Shown: positions 8,492 through 17,220 of the stretch, one piece after another
Layout: each line of letters starts with the position of its first letter
Position numbering within the stretch: position 1 is the first letter of the stretch
NCBI GenBank assembly: GCA_025937085.1
Contig: JAICSC010000001.1
Span: forward strand, 1 to 46,239
Direction of reading: 5' to 3'
DNA length: 46,239 bases
From: Nocardioides sp.
Lineage (GTDB): Bacteria; Actinomycetota; Actinomycetes; Propionibacteriales; Nocardioidaceae
The notes under the pieces: model-generated
The model's database searches: none
What the model was told of the DNA's origin: nothing
The model's input: only the letters and a program-made list of their open reading frames with translations
Made by a program: the position numbers and the translations under genes

Positions 8492-10902
8492 GAGCGTTCT
8501 GCCCTTCGGATTGCGGCGAGCACATTGGGTGCGCTCAGAGGCATCTGGTCTATGACGGCGCCCAGGGGTCGCAACGCGTCGTTGACAGCATTGGCGAGGG
8601 AGGCGATGGCGCCGGCTACGCCGCTCTCGCCGACTCCCTTCATGCCGAGCATCGCGAACGGCGACGGCGTGACCTCGTGCCCGACCTTGATCCATGGCAG
8701 GTCGTTGGCCCGCGGCATCAGGTAGTGCTTGAACGACTTCGTTGCGAGGCGGCCGTCTGGGGCGTACTTCAACTCCTCCCACAACGCTCCACCGATGCCC
8801 ATGGTGATCGCACCGAGGAACTGGCCCTCCACCATTTTCGGGTTGATGATCGTGCCGCAGTCGTGGACGCCTGCATAGTTCTGGAGCTTGACTAATCCGG
8901 TCTCCCGGTCGACCTCGACGGTGGAGACGTGCGCGGAGTATGGGAAAGAGGGGTAGGGGGACGACCGTCCCAGTTCGTCAGGAACGTTGTGCACGTTGGA
9001 CGGCGCGTAGGTACGCGTCGACTCGAGCTGCGCTTGGTCGAGACCATGTACGGCGAGGGTCCGCACGAACACGGCACGTGTCAGTTCCTCGATGCTCAGG
9101 TTGCGGTCGGGCTCGTAGACGACGGATGCGCGGCCGTGCGCAAGACGTACTTGTTCGGGAGTGGTCTCGAGGAGTACGCCGGCGGCGGTCACAAGCGTGG
9201 CCCGCACGTCCCTCGCCGCCAGCAAGGCAGCCGCCCCTCCCACCGTCATTGAGCGACTACTGAAGTTGCCGTAGCCGTAGGGGCACCGATCCGTGTCGCC
9301 CTGGACCACGGTGACGTCGTGCGGCGAGACGCCGAGCTCGGCGGCCACCACCTGGGCGATACCCGTCTCGTTCCCGGTACCGGGGCTGGTTACACCGGTC
9401 AGCACGGTGACCGTGCCGGTCGGGTCCATCCGCACCGTCGAGGTGTCGAAGCCGCGGAGCAGGGTCCCCGAGAAGTCACCGCCCTCCGGCGTGAGCTCGA
9501 AGCCGACACCCACGCCGACGAGCCTGTTCTGGGAGCGCGCCTGCGCCTGCTCCTCACGCAGTTGGTCGTAGCCTCCCAGCTTGAGGACGTGATCCAGCGC
9601 TGCGGCGTACTCGCCACTGTCCAGGTGCTTCATCGACGTCCAGTACGGGAACTCCTCCGGGGGGATGAAGTTGCGCCTGCGGATCTCGGCCGGGTCGAGG
9701 GACAGCTCGGCGGCGACGAGGTCCATGATCCGCTCGTAGGCCAGGGCAGCGGACTCCTTGCCGTAGCTGCGAGCACCGTTCCACGGAGCCTTGTGAGTGA
9801 CGACCGCGGTGGACTCGACGTCGTAGTGCTTGACCCGATAGGGACCCGGCAGCGCCATGCCGGCGATGAACGCCATGCCCCAGCCGCCGCTGGCTCCCAG
9901 TGCGCCGATGTCGGCGATGATCCGGTCGCGCAGCGCGAGGATCTTGCCGTCCTCGTCATAGGCGACCTTGAAGCGGTGGATGAACTCACGAGCGCCCACG
10001 AGCATGCACTCGGCCCGGGTCTCCAGCCACTTCACGGGCGCTCCGACGGCGCGCGAGAGCAGCGCGACGAGCGGTTCCTCCGGGTAACCGTGGAACTTGT
10101 GGCCGAACCCGCCACCAACGCGCGGCGCGATCACACGTATCTGGTTCTCGGGCATGCCGAGGGTCTTGGACAGGTGTGAGCGCAGCGGGTGTGGGTTCTG
10201 GGCCGACGCGTGCAGTGTCAGACGGCCGTCGGTGCCCCAGGAGGCGATGTAGCCACGAGTCTCCAGGGGGGCGGTCTGGTATCGCTGGATCCGGAGCTCG
10301 CCCTCGAGGGTGTGCTTCGCGGAGTCGATGATCGGTCCCGCGTTGCCCTCGACGAAGGGAAGCCGGATCATGGCGTTGTCCTCCCAGGTGTCGAACACCT
10401 TAGGGGCACCCTGCTCGAGTGCCTTCTCGGCGTCGATCACGAAGGGCAGCGGCTCCCAGTCGACCTCGATGAGCGCGACCGCCGCTTCCGCATCGTTGAG
10501 CGTGACGCCCACCACGGCTGCCACCGGTTCGCCTGCGTAGATCACCTCGTCGACGGCCAGTGGCCTGAAGTCGGCGGTGCGTCCACCGACCAGTGCAGGA
10601 TCGAAGTAGTGGGGAATCGGGCTCGTTTGGTCCTTGGCCTGGGCGCCGGTGAGCACGAAGCGCACTCCACTCGCTGCCTCGGCCGCGGACGTGTCGATGC
10701 CACGGATCCGCGCGTGGGCGTAGGGGCTGCGGAGGATCGCCGCGTGCAGCATCCCGGGCAGGACGGTGTCGTCGAGGTAGCCCCCGCGACCGGTAAGCAT
10801 CAGGTCTCCGTCCTTGCGGCGGATCTGCTCCAGCTCGGGTCGTACCGACTCCGGCCGAGGGTCGTCGGTGGCGACGAAGCGAGGGGTGATGGTCTCAGTC
10901 AT
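8488..10902 (-). CDS. Xanthine oxidase-family molybdopterin-binding large subunit
   Basis: LRSPYAHA, VGGGFGHK, VVQGDTD, DCGTIINP, KGVGESG (catalytic Glu). Confidence 0.95.
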   Translation of the reverse strand: MTETITPRFVATDDPRPESVRPELEQIRRKDGDLMLTGRGGYLDDTVLPGMLHAAILRSPYAHARIRGIDTSAAEAASGVRFVLTGAQAKDQTSPIPHYFDPALVGGRTADFRPLAVDEVIYAGEPVAAVVGVTLNDAEAAVALIEVDWEPLPFVIDAEKALEQGAPKVFDTWEDNAMIRLPFVEGNAGPIIDSAKHTLEGELRIQRYQTAPLETRGYIASWGTDGRLTLHASAQNPHPLRSHLSKTLGMPENQIRVIAPRVGGGFGHKFHGYPEEPLVALLSRAVGAPVKWLETRAECMLVGAREFIHRFKVAYDEDGKILALRDRIIADIGALGASGGWGMAFIAGMALPGPYRVKHYDVESTAVVTHKAPWNGARSYGKESAALAYERIMDLVAAELSLDPAEIRRRNFIPPEEFPYWTSMKHLDSGEYAAALDHVLKLGGYDQLREEQAQARSQNRLVGVGVGFELTPEGGDFSGTLLRGFDTSTVRMDPTGTVTVLTGVTSPGTGNETGIAQVVAAELGVSPHDVTVVQGDTDRCPYGYGNFSSRSMTVGGAAALLAARDVRATLVTAAGVLLETTPEQVRLAHGRASVVYEPDRNLSIEELTRAVFVRTLAVHGLDQAQLESTRTYAPSNVHNVPDELGRSSPYPSFPYSAHVSTVEVDRETGLVKLQNYAGVHDCGTIINPKMVEGQFLGAITMGIGGALWEELKYAPDGRLATKSFKHYLMPRANDLPWIKVGHEVTPSPFAMLGMKGVGESGVAGAIASLANAVNDALRPLGAVIDQMPLSAPNVLAAIRRAERS

Positions 10903-10994
10903 GCGACCTGCCTTCTGGCGACAACATTGTGAGGAACGTAACTCCCCGTCGGCGGCTGTAACGATGGTTGCCTGGACAGTCTCCTGGGGCCTCG

Positions 10995-11012
10995 CATGTG
11001 GGTCCACACATG
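10995..11012. promoter_or_regulatory. Palindrome upstream of the large subunit, candidate operator for the adjacent regulator
   Basis: CATGTG-N6-CACATG, ~90 bp upstream of the ATG. Confidence 0.4.
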
Positions 11013-11033
11013 GAGACTCGGTGACTCCGCGCG

Positions 11034-12953
11034 CTAGGTGCGCCGGTCCACGCCGACACGCCCGATGTCGTGCGCCATCAGGGCCGCGTTGAGTTGCAAG
11101 AGGGACTCGGGGCGCGCCAGTTGGAGGCCGAGCAGGGACTCGATGCGCTTCAGCCGCAGCGTCACGGTGTTGGGGTGCACGAACAGTGCCTTGGCTGTCC
11201 TGGCTGTGCTCAGGTCGTGGGCCAGGTAGGACCGGAGCGTCTCGACCAGGTTCGTCTTGCGGGCGTCGTCGTAGTCGCGCAGCGGGCCGAGAGTCTCATC
11301 AGCGAACCGGCCAAGCACCGACAGATCATCGAGCTGCAGCAACAAGCCGTAGAACCCGAGGCCTGGCAGGGTGATCGTGCGGTCGCGGTACCCTTGGAGA
11401 CGCGCGAGCTCGAGGGCCCCTCGCTGCCTCCGAAACGCCTGTGCGTACCCGGTTAGGTCCTGACACGGCTCACCGACGGCCACACTGATCGTTGATCGGG
11501 ATCCGCCTTTGGAGACGTGCTTCCGGATGGACTCGGCCACCTCCTCGGACGTGAGGTCTCCGGCCTTGCGCGGTAACGGCCAGAGCATGACGACGTACTC
11601 AGCGCTGATGGTCGCGAGCGCGGGTGACGCCGTGGACTGGGCGGCCGTCCGGACCAGGCCGAGGATCCGGCGCTGCTCGCTGCTGGTGGAGGAGCGGGCG
11701 TCTCCGTCCTCGGGATCGGCACGTATCACCAGGACGGTGTGGGGTTGTGACAGGTCGTGCCCCAGGTGGCGGGCCCGCGGAATCAGGGTGACGCTGTCCG
11801 AGGGGTTGTCCGCGAGCAGTTCAGCGAGCAGATCTCCGCGCAAGGCCCACTCGACGTCGAGGGCAGTGCGTTCGCGGATCATCTGAAGGGCGCTCACGAC
11901 GACGGCGTGCTCGATCGCACGTCGCTGGAGGGCGCCTAGGTCGTGGGCCCGACCAGGCATCCAGAAACGCGCCACCAGTTCCTCGTCGAGGAACACCGGC
12001 ACTGAGATCCGCGGCAGGTATGGCCTTGCGCCTGGCCAAGGTGGAACCTCGATGAGACCACCCTCGGTGTCGAGGGCCGGCTCCAGGTCGGTCCGCTCGG
12101 ATGCGGGGGGCGCGTCGACCGTGGCGCCCTGGTGTACCGCCATGGCGAGGACGCCGAGGGCCGCGTCCTCGACCAGCACTGGCCGGTCGAGCAGCCCGGC
12201 CAAGACGCTGACCAAGGCCTGGACGCCTCCGGAACCCAGCGCCACTGCTGTCAGCCGCTGGTGGATCTCCTCAGCCTGCTGAAGGAGACGCGCCTGCGCC
12301 CGGAGAGAGGAGTTGAGGGTCTGCAGCTGGCCGATCGTGGCTTGTTCGTGCTCACGCAGCCTCGCGGTCTCGATGGCCGTGCCGGCCAAGTTGGCCAACG
12401 CCCCGAGGAGCAGCACCTCGTCCTGCTCGAAATGATGCGGCTTGGACCGGTAGCCGTTCAAGGTGCCCACGGCGCGGCCGTTGACCATCAGAGGTACGGC
12501 GATCAACGAGCCGATGCCCTGCTTCTTCGCGATCCTGCCCCAGGGCCGGAAGCTTGGGTCGCGCAGCACGTCCTCGACCGCGACGGGTAGGCCGGTCAGG
12601 AAGGCGCGGCTGGACGGCGTCTCCCCAGAGGGCTGCGGGCCGAGCCGGAAGGAGAGGGAGCTGCTGACTTGGGACTCGTACTCGGCCGAGAGGCCGTAGG
12701 AGCCGCTGATCTCCAGCATGCCCTCCGACTCGTTGGCCAGGAGCACTGCGCAGAAATCGTAGCCCATCAGCTCACCGCCGCTGCGAGCCAGAAGGTCGAG
12801 GAGCGCCGACAAGGGCTGGTGCAGTGTGACGGCGCCGGCGATGTCGGTGACGGCACGCAACCACGTGCGCAGCTCTTGGTGGACGGTCGCCGGGTCGGCT
12901 GCCGGAAGCATCCCCCTTGGCTTCGCATCGTGCTGGTGAGACTCACCGGGCAT
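11034..12953 (-). CDS. GAF-domain PucR/CdaR-family transcriptional regulator
   Basis: N-terminal GAF (SLIAVPLMVNGRAVGTL); C-terminal LVETLRSYL...TAKALFVHPNTVTLRLKRIE HTH. Start approximate. Confidence 0.9.
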   Translation of the reverse strand: MPGESHQHDAKPRGMLPAADPATVHQELRTWLRAVTDIAGAVTLHQPLSALLDLLARSGGELMGYDFCAVLLANESEGMLEISGSYGLSAEYESQVSSSLSFRLGPQPSGETPSSRAFLTGLPVAVEDVLRDPSFRPWGRIAKKQGIGSLIAVPLMVNGRAVGTLNGYRSKPHHFEQDEVLLLGALANLAGTAIETARLREHEQATIGQLQTLNSSLRAQARLLQQAEEIHQRLTAVALGSGGVQALVSVLAGLLDRPVLVEDAALGVLAMAVHQGATVDAPPASERTDLEPALDTEGGLIEVPPWPGARPYLPRISVPVFLDEELVARFWMPGRAHDLGALQRRAIEHAVVVSALQMIRERTALDVEWALRGDLLAELLADNPSDSVTLIPRARHLGHDLSQPHTVLVIRADPEDGDARSSTSSEQRRILGLVRTAAQSTASPALATISAEYVVMLWPLPRKAGDLTSEEVAESIRKHVSKGGSRSTISVAVGEPCQDLTGYAQAFRRQRGALELARLQGYRDRTITLPGLGFYGLLLQLDDLSVLGRFADETLGPLRDYDDARKTNLVETLRSYLAHDLSTARTAKALFVHPNTVTLRLKRIESLLGLQLARPESLLQLNAALMAHDIGRVGVDRRT

Positions 12954-13033
12954 CACGTTCGCGACTCTATCCGGACCTCGGATCACGCCCTGGGGTCGGT
13001 TCTTCTCGAGGCCGTCTGGCCGACGAGCGGGTT

Positions 13034-13603
13034 TCAGGCGTCGGGTGTGCCGACCCGGAACACACGCATCATCTGAGCCAGGGTGCGGTAGTAACCGACC
13101 AGCACGATGAGCTCGAGCACCTGCTCGGCCCCTACGGCCTCCTGGAGTACGTCGAACGTCGGGTCGTCGACGTCCCCGTCGTCGAGCAGGGTCTCGCACA
13201 TCCTGACGAGGCTCGCTTCGACCGGGTCCTGGGAGCTGAACGTGCCCGCCCGTAGGCTGTCCATCTCCGCTGGACTGATGCCGGCCTCTCGGCCGGGCCC
13301 CGCATGCGCGTGCCACTCGAAGTCGCTCCGGGTCGCCGCCGCGACCAGGAGAATCACCAGCTCACGCGTCCGGTCCCCGAGGCCGGTCCGGAAGCGCAGC
13401 GCGCTTCCGAGGTCCTGCAGCGGCAGGCCGACCTTCGGCGCGTGCAGCATCAGTCCGAACGGTCCGACCAGGCTCCCGTCGTCGTCCACCAGTGGGAACG
13501 AGGACTGGCCACGACCCCGGGCTCCCTCGGTGATCAGCCGGAAGAGCACCTGCTGCTCCTGGTCTAGGTCTGACTGACCTAGACGAGGCAGGCGTTCGTT
13601 CAT
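13034..13603 (-). CDS. Carboxymuconolactone decarboxylase/AhpD-like protein
   Basis: GPFGLMLHAP, RTRELVILLVA...FEWHAH, ELIVLVGYY. Confidence 0.85.
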   Translation of the reverse strand: MNERLPRLGQSDLDQEQQVLFRLITEGARGRGQSSFPLVDDDGSLVGPFGLMLHAPKVGLPLQDLGSALRFRTGLGDRTRELVILLVAAATRSDFEWHAHAGPGREAGISPAEMDSLRAGTFSSQDPVEASLVRMCETLLDDGDVDDPTFDVLQEAVGAEQVLELIVLVGYYRTLAQMMRVFRVGTPDA

Positions 13604-13626
13604 GATCGACCCGACCCGACCGCGAC

Positions 13627-14556
13627 TTAGCGAAGCGGGATGACGTCGCTGCCGTGACGGATCGTGGTCGAGATGAAGCCGAGCTCCTCGACCTCGAGGC
13701 GGACCTCGTCACCGACCTTCAAGAACGGGTACTGGTCCTCGCCGTGGACGAGCGAGAGCTCGAGGATGCAGCCGGTGCCGACCGTTCCGCTGCCGATAAT
13801 GTCGCCGGGTACCAACAGGGTGCCGCGCGAGGCATAGGCCAGCATCTGGCCGAACGACCAGTGTAGGTCGCCGAGGTTGCCCTCGCTGTAGGGGCGTCCG
13901 TTCACAGAGGCGGTCATCTTGAGGTCATAGGCCGTTGCGCCCCGACGCCCACTCAGTTCGTCAGGCGTGACCAGCCAGGGACCGTAGCTGGTAGCGGTGT
14001 CCTTGCCCTTGACCGGCCCCATGGTCTGTTTCATCTCACGGGCCTGCAGGTCGCGAGCGCTCCAGTCAGACATCAGCATGTACCCGGCGATGTGCTCTTC
14101 GGCCTCCTCAGGGTGGAGGTCACGGCCGGCCCTGCCGACGACCGCGGCCACTTCCAGCTCGAAGTCGAAGCGGGTCGAGCCCGGCGCCATCTCCACATCC
14201 GCGCGGTGTCCGCGTGTGGCTTGGGGGTTCTGGAAGTAGAACACCGGGAGCTCGTACCAGTCCGGGTTGATCGGTTGGTCCAGGGCCTTCGCGCAGGCAA
14301 GCACGTGGGACTCGAACGCGTAGAAGTCACGGACGGAGGGCGGGACCGGTACGGGCGCGAGCACCTCGGCGGTCTCGAGCTCGAGCACGTCGATCGGGTC
14401 GCTCTTGGCTCGCTCGGCCGCCGCAGCCATGGCCTCGGCGTCGTCGAGCAGCTCGATGAGCTGCGTCGTGTCCCGCACCCCGTGGAGCTTGTTGTCGTCG
14501 ACCAGGGCAACGTGGGTGGTGCTGTCGGAGGGCGAGACATAGGTTGTCCAGCGCAT
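13627..14556 (-). CDS. Fumarylacetoacetate hydrolase-family protein
   Basis: RDFYAFESH, DFELEVAAVVG, DWSARDLQ, KGKD, GDIIGSGT. Confidence 0.93.
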   Translation of the reverse strand: MRWTTYVSPSDSTTHVALVDDNKLHGVRDTTQLIELLDDAEAMAAAAERAKSDPIDVLELETAEVLAPVPVPPSVRDFYAFESHVLACAKALDQPINPDWYELPVFYFQNPQATRGHRADVEMAPGSTRFDFELEVAAVVGRAGRDLHPEEAEEHIAGYMLMSDWSARDLQAREMKQTMGPVKGKDTATSYGPWLVTPDELSGRRGATAYDLKMTASVNGRPYSEGNLGDLHWSFGQMLAYASRGTLLVPGDIIGSGTVGTGCILELSLVHGEDQYPFLKVGDEVRLEVEELGFISTTIRHGSDVIPLR

Positions 14557-14590
14557 GGATGGTCCTTTCGATTGCGAGCAGGCAGGGCGT

Positions 14591-15532
14591 TCAGGCGTAA
14601 CAGGTGAGCCGCTGGCCGCCGTTGTAGGCGACCATGTCGGTGAGGGCGGCGCGGGTGTCGATCCGCGCGCCCCGCTCGGCGCCGCCGAGCTCGGCATACG
14701 CACGGTGCAGGTTGCCAACGATCCGCTCGGGGTCGAGCAGGCCGGCGAACCGACCCAGATCGGTCTCGAGCGCCGCCTCGAGGGGGGACACCCCCGACTT
14801 GAAGCCGTCCTCCGCGACCGACATCACGAAGTTGAGATAGTCGAGGACATCGTCGATCAGCTCGGGACCGCAGACGTCCCCGTGTCCGGGCACGATCGTG
14901 GTCGCGGGTAGCGGCTTCACGACATTCTCCAGCACCTCGATGGCCCCTGCGACGGATCCCATAAGAAGGAACGGCGTACCGCCGTTGAAGAGCAGGTCGC
15001 CTACGAACAGCGTGCTCCGATCGGGGACCCAGACGAGGGAGTCGTTCGTCGTGTGGGCGGGCTGGCCCACGTAGCTTAGCTCGATCGGCAGGTCGTCCAC
15101 CCACAGCGTCACGCCGGACTCATAGGTCACAAAGGGGGGTGCCAGCTCCACCGGGCCCCATTCGACGTCCTGGAAGATCGGAGCGTCGAACGGCAGACCA
15201 TAGTGCAGCACGTCCTCGCGGGTTCGTTCATGTCCGAGGATCGTGGCGTTCTTGAAGAGAAAGTTCCCGAACGTGTGGTCGCCGTGGTGGTGGGTGTTTA
15301 CCAGCGTGCGCACGGGCGCCTTGGTCACCGACGAGATCGTCTCGAGGTAGCGCTTGGTGCGGGCCGCCGTCGAGCAGCCGTCGATGCTGATGACGCCCTT
15401 CTTGCCGACGAAGAAGCCAGTGTTGTTGATCCACCAGCTCCCATCGGGTTGCAAGTAGGCGTAGATATCTTCGCTGACCTCAACCAGTCTCGGGTCGCCG
15501 AGCTCGGGAAGGTCTTCGGTCGAGGAACTCAT
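14591..15532 (-). CDS. Metallo-beta-lactamase-fold hydrolase/cyclase-like protein
   Basis: NTHHHGDH, AHTTND, GDLLF, VPGHG. Confidence 0.92.
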   Translation of the reverse strand: MSSSTEDLPELGDPRLVEVSEDIYAYLQPDGSWWINNTGFFVGKKGVISIDGCSTAARTKRYLETISSVTKAPVRTLVNTHHHGDHTFGNFLFKNATILGHERTREDVLHYGLPFDAPIFQDVEWGPVELAPPFVTYESGVTLWVDDLPIELSYVGQPAHTTNDSLVWVPDRSTLFVGDLLFNGGTPFLLMGSVAGAIEVLENVVKPLPATTIVPGHGDVCGPELIDDVLDYLNFVMSVAEDGFKSGVSPLEAALETDLGRFAGLLDPERIVGNLHRAYAELGGAERGARIDTRAALTDMVAYNGGQRLTCYA

Positions 15533-15800
15533 GGCAGGACGCTAAGTCTTCGGTCGGCCCTGTCGCGATGGTCCCAGCCACAGGCTTCCGCGCATCCCGC
15601 TGTGGAGTGCCATACCGCGGACATGTGTCAGGAGCGAGTCGAACGACGGACTTGTACCCACACGCTCCCCCAATTCCCAGGGTCAGATATGCGCACCTGT
15701 CGGCGGCATCCGTGAAACGCTCCAGTTGCCCGTCTGGGGATCCGACGTATCGGCTACCTCGCGCTGAGGTTCCCCCCGGACCGTAGAGGCATCTCCCTGT

Positions 15801-16489
15801 GGCACGCTCCGCGTGCCGATCCCGCTGTGGAGGAGTAGAGCGCACGATCCCACTCGGTGACCGTGTCTACCACCAGGACCGTGCAACGTCATCGATCCAG
15901 CCGGTGCCTCAGCTTCTGCGGAGCGCAGAACCGGTAGCTCTCGGTCACCAGCTCGGCCACCTCATCCCAGTTGGTGTCGTCGTCGAGCACCATGCCGACG
16001 ATGGTGGGCGACCACGGCGGCTGGTAGAACGGCGGCCCCGACGTGGGCCAAGGCCAAGAGCTCGTCGCCGGATGACCGGAAAGTCAGCACCGTGGTTGGC
16101 TCTCTCACTCCGGTCGCGTCGCGGTACGCCGAGGCGTAACCCTCCTGGACGACCAGGACGTGAGCAAAGGTCTTGTTCCGGACTCGCCACCTCACGCCGG
16201 TCCAGGCGTCCTCCTCGTAGGCGTCGGGCAGAGCCAACGCGGCGGATGCCACCCGAGCCACGACATCGCCGGAGGGCTCGATGCGCAGCGTCCTGAACAC
16301 TCTCCGAGTCTGTCAGCGAAAGCCCGACAAGTAGTTCGCCGGGTCCGATCAGATCCCGCGGGCGCCTCCGCCGGCCCAAACCGCCTTCATCGCTGGGCCA
16401 CCCGCGACGGACTTGCCACCGACTCGTGATCCAAGAGAGGCAACTCCACTCCGGTGGCGCGTCCCGTTGCGGGGATCGGCATGTGGAGT
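15801..16489. repeat. MmcQ/YjbR unit, copy 2 (homologous to 5952-6634)
   Basis: Same orientation as copy 1; bounded by inverted motif copies at 15806-15832 (+) and 16461-16489 (-). Confidence 0.85.
15889..16300 (-). pseudogene. MmcQ/YjbR-family gene, copy 2, +1 frameshift
   Basis: 412 nt against 411 nt for copy 1 (6039-6449). Extra base near 16036-16040 (ggcggccccg vs ggcggcccg); the downstream frame still matches copy 1. Confidence 0.85.
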
Positions 16490-16669
16490 CAGTCGGTCGC
16501 ACCCACCCTGGGTTGGGCCAGCTGGGACTAAACGACGCCTTGCCGGCCCCTCCAGCTGATGCGGGGCACCTCCGGATCGGCAAGGCCACTCGAACCACAC
16601 GAATAAGCGCCGTCGGATGCGGTGGCAATACCGGCAACTCGGCAGCCCTATCGTCGGAACCGGCTGAGT

Positions 16670-16963
16670 TTACGGCTGAGCGTCGACCAAGTCCAAGATC
16701 TCCAGCCGCAGACGTCGCACATCGGCATGAAGTCGAGTTGCCTCAACGAGATGGGCGGCCTCTGAGGCAGGGGACTGATCCCCCGGCACGAGGGAGTGAC
16801 GAGACGATGCGTAGATAGCATCCTCGTAGTCGGACAGCAGCGCCATGGCAGCAGTGAGCAGCTCGGGCTCCGCGGGGTTCTGGGCCGTAGGCGCCGGGTC
16901 GAGTCCATTCGCCACCCGGCGACTTGCCCAACGGCGCGCGAAGCGGGAGTCCTCAGTGGTCAT
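16670..16963 (-). CDS. Small hypothetical protein
   Basis: 97-aa ORF with protein-like helical composition; no recognised motif. Confidence 0.4.
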   Translation of the reverse strand: MTTEDSRFARRWASRRVANGLDPAPTAQNPAEPELLTAAMALLSDYEDAIYASSRHSLVPGDQSPASEAAHLVEATRLHADVRRLRLEILDLVDAQP

Positions 16964-17220
16964 CGGGCAAGGCTAGGACACTTCTGCGGGCTCTGATCCC
17001 TGTTCGACGTGAATCAGGTGGTCGCCACAAACACGCAAATCTTGACAGCACGGAGACATAACCTCACCACGGTGGATCGCCGCTATCAAAGCAATGGGGC
17101 GCCGAACGACGGGCGGTGAGCGAAGAGCCGAATCCCTCACCGCTTGAGCATCCGTCTGCGGCGACTCGCCGGCACCGCGTGGGTGAACGACTGATGGCCA
17201 CGTGGTCATCGATCGGGTAA

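Noticed and set aside
8488-10902. Aerobic CO dehydrogenase (coxL form I)
   Set aside because: Lacks the AYRCSFR Cu-binding loop and cox accessory genes; gene order differs.
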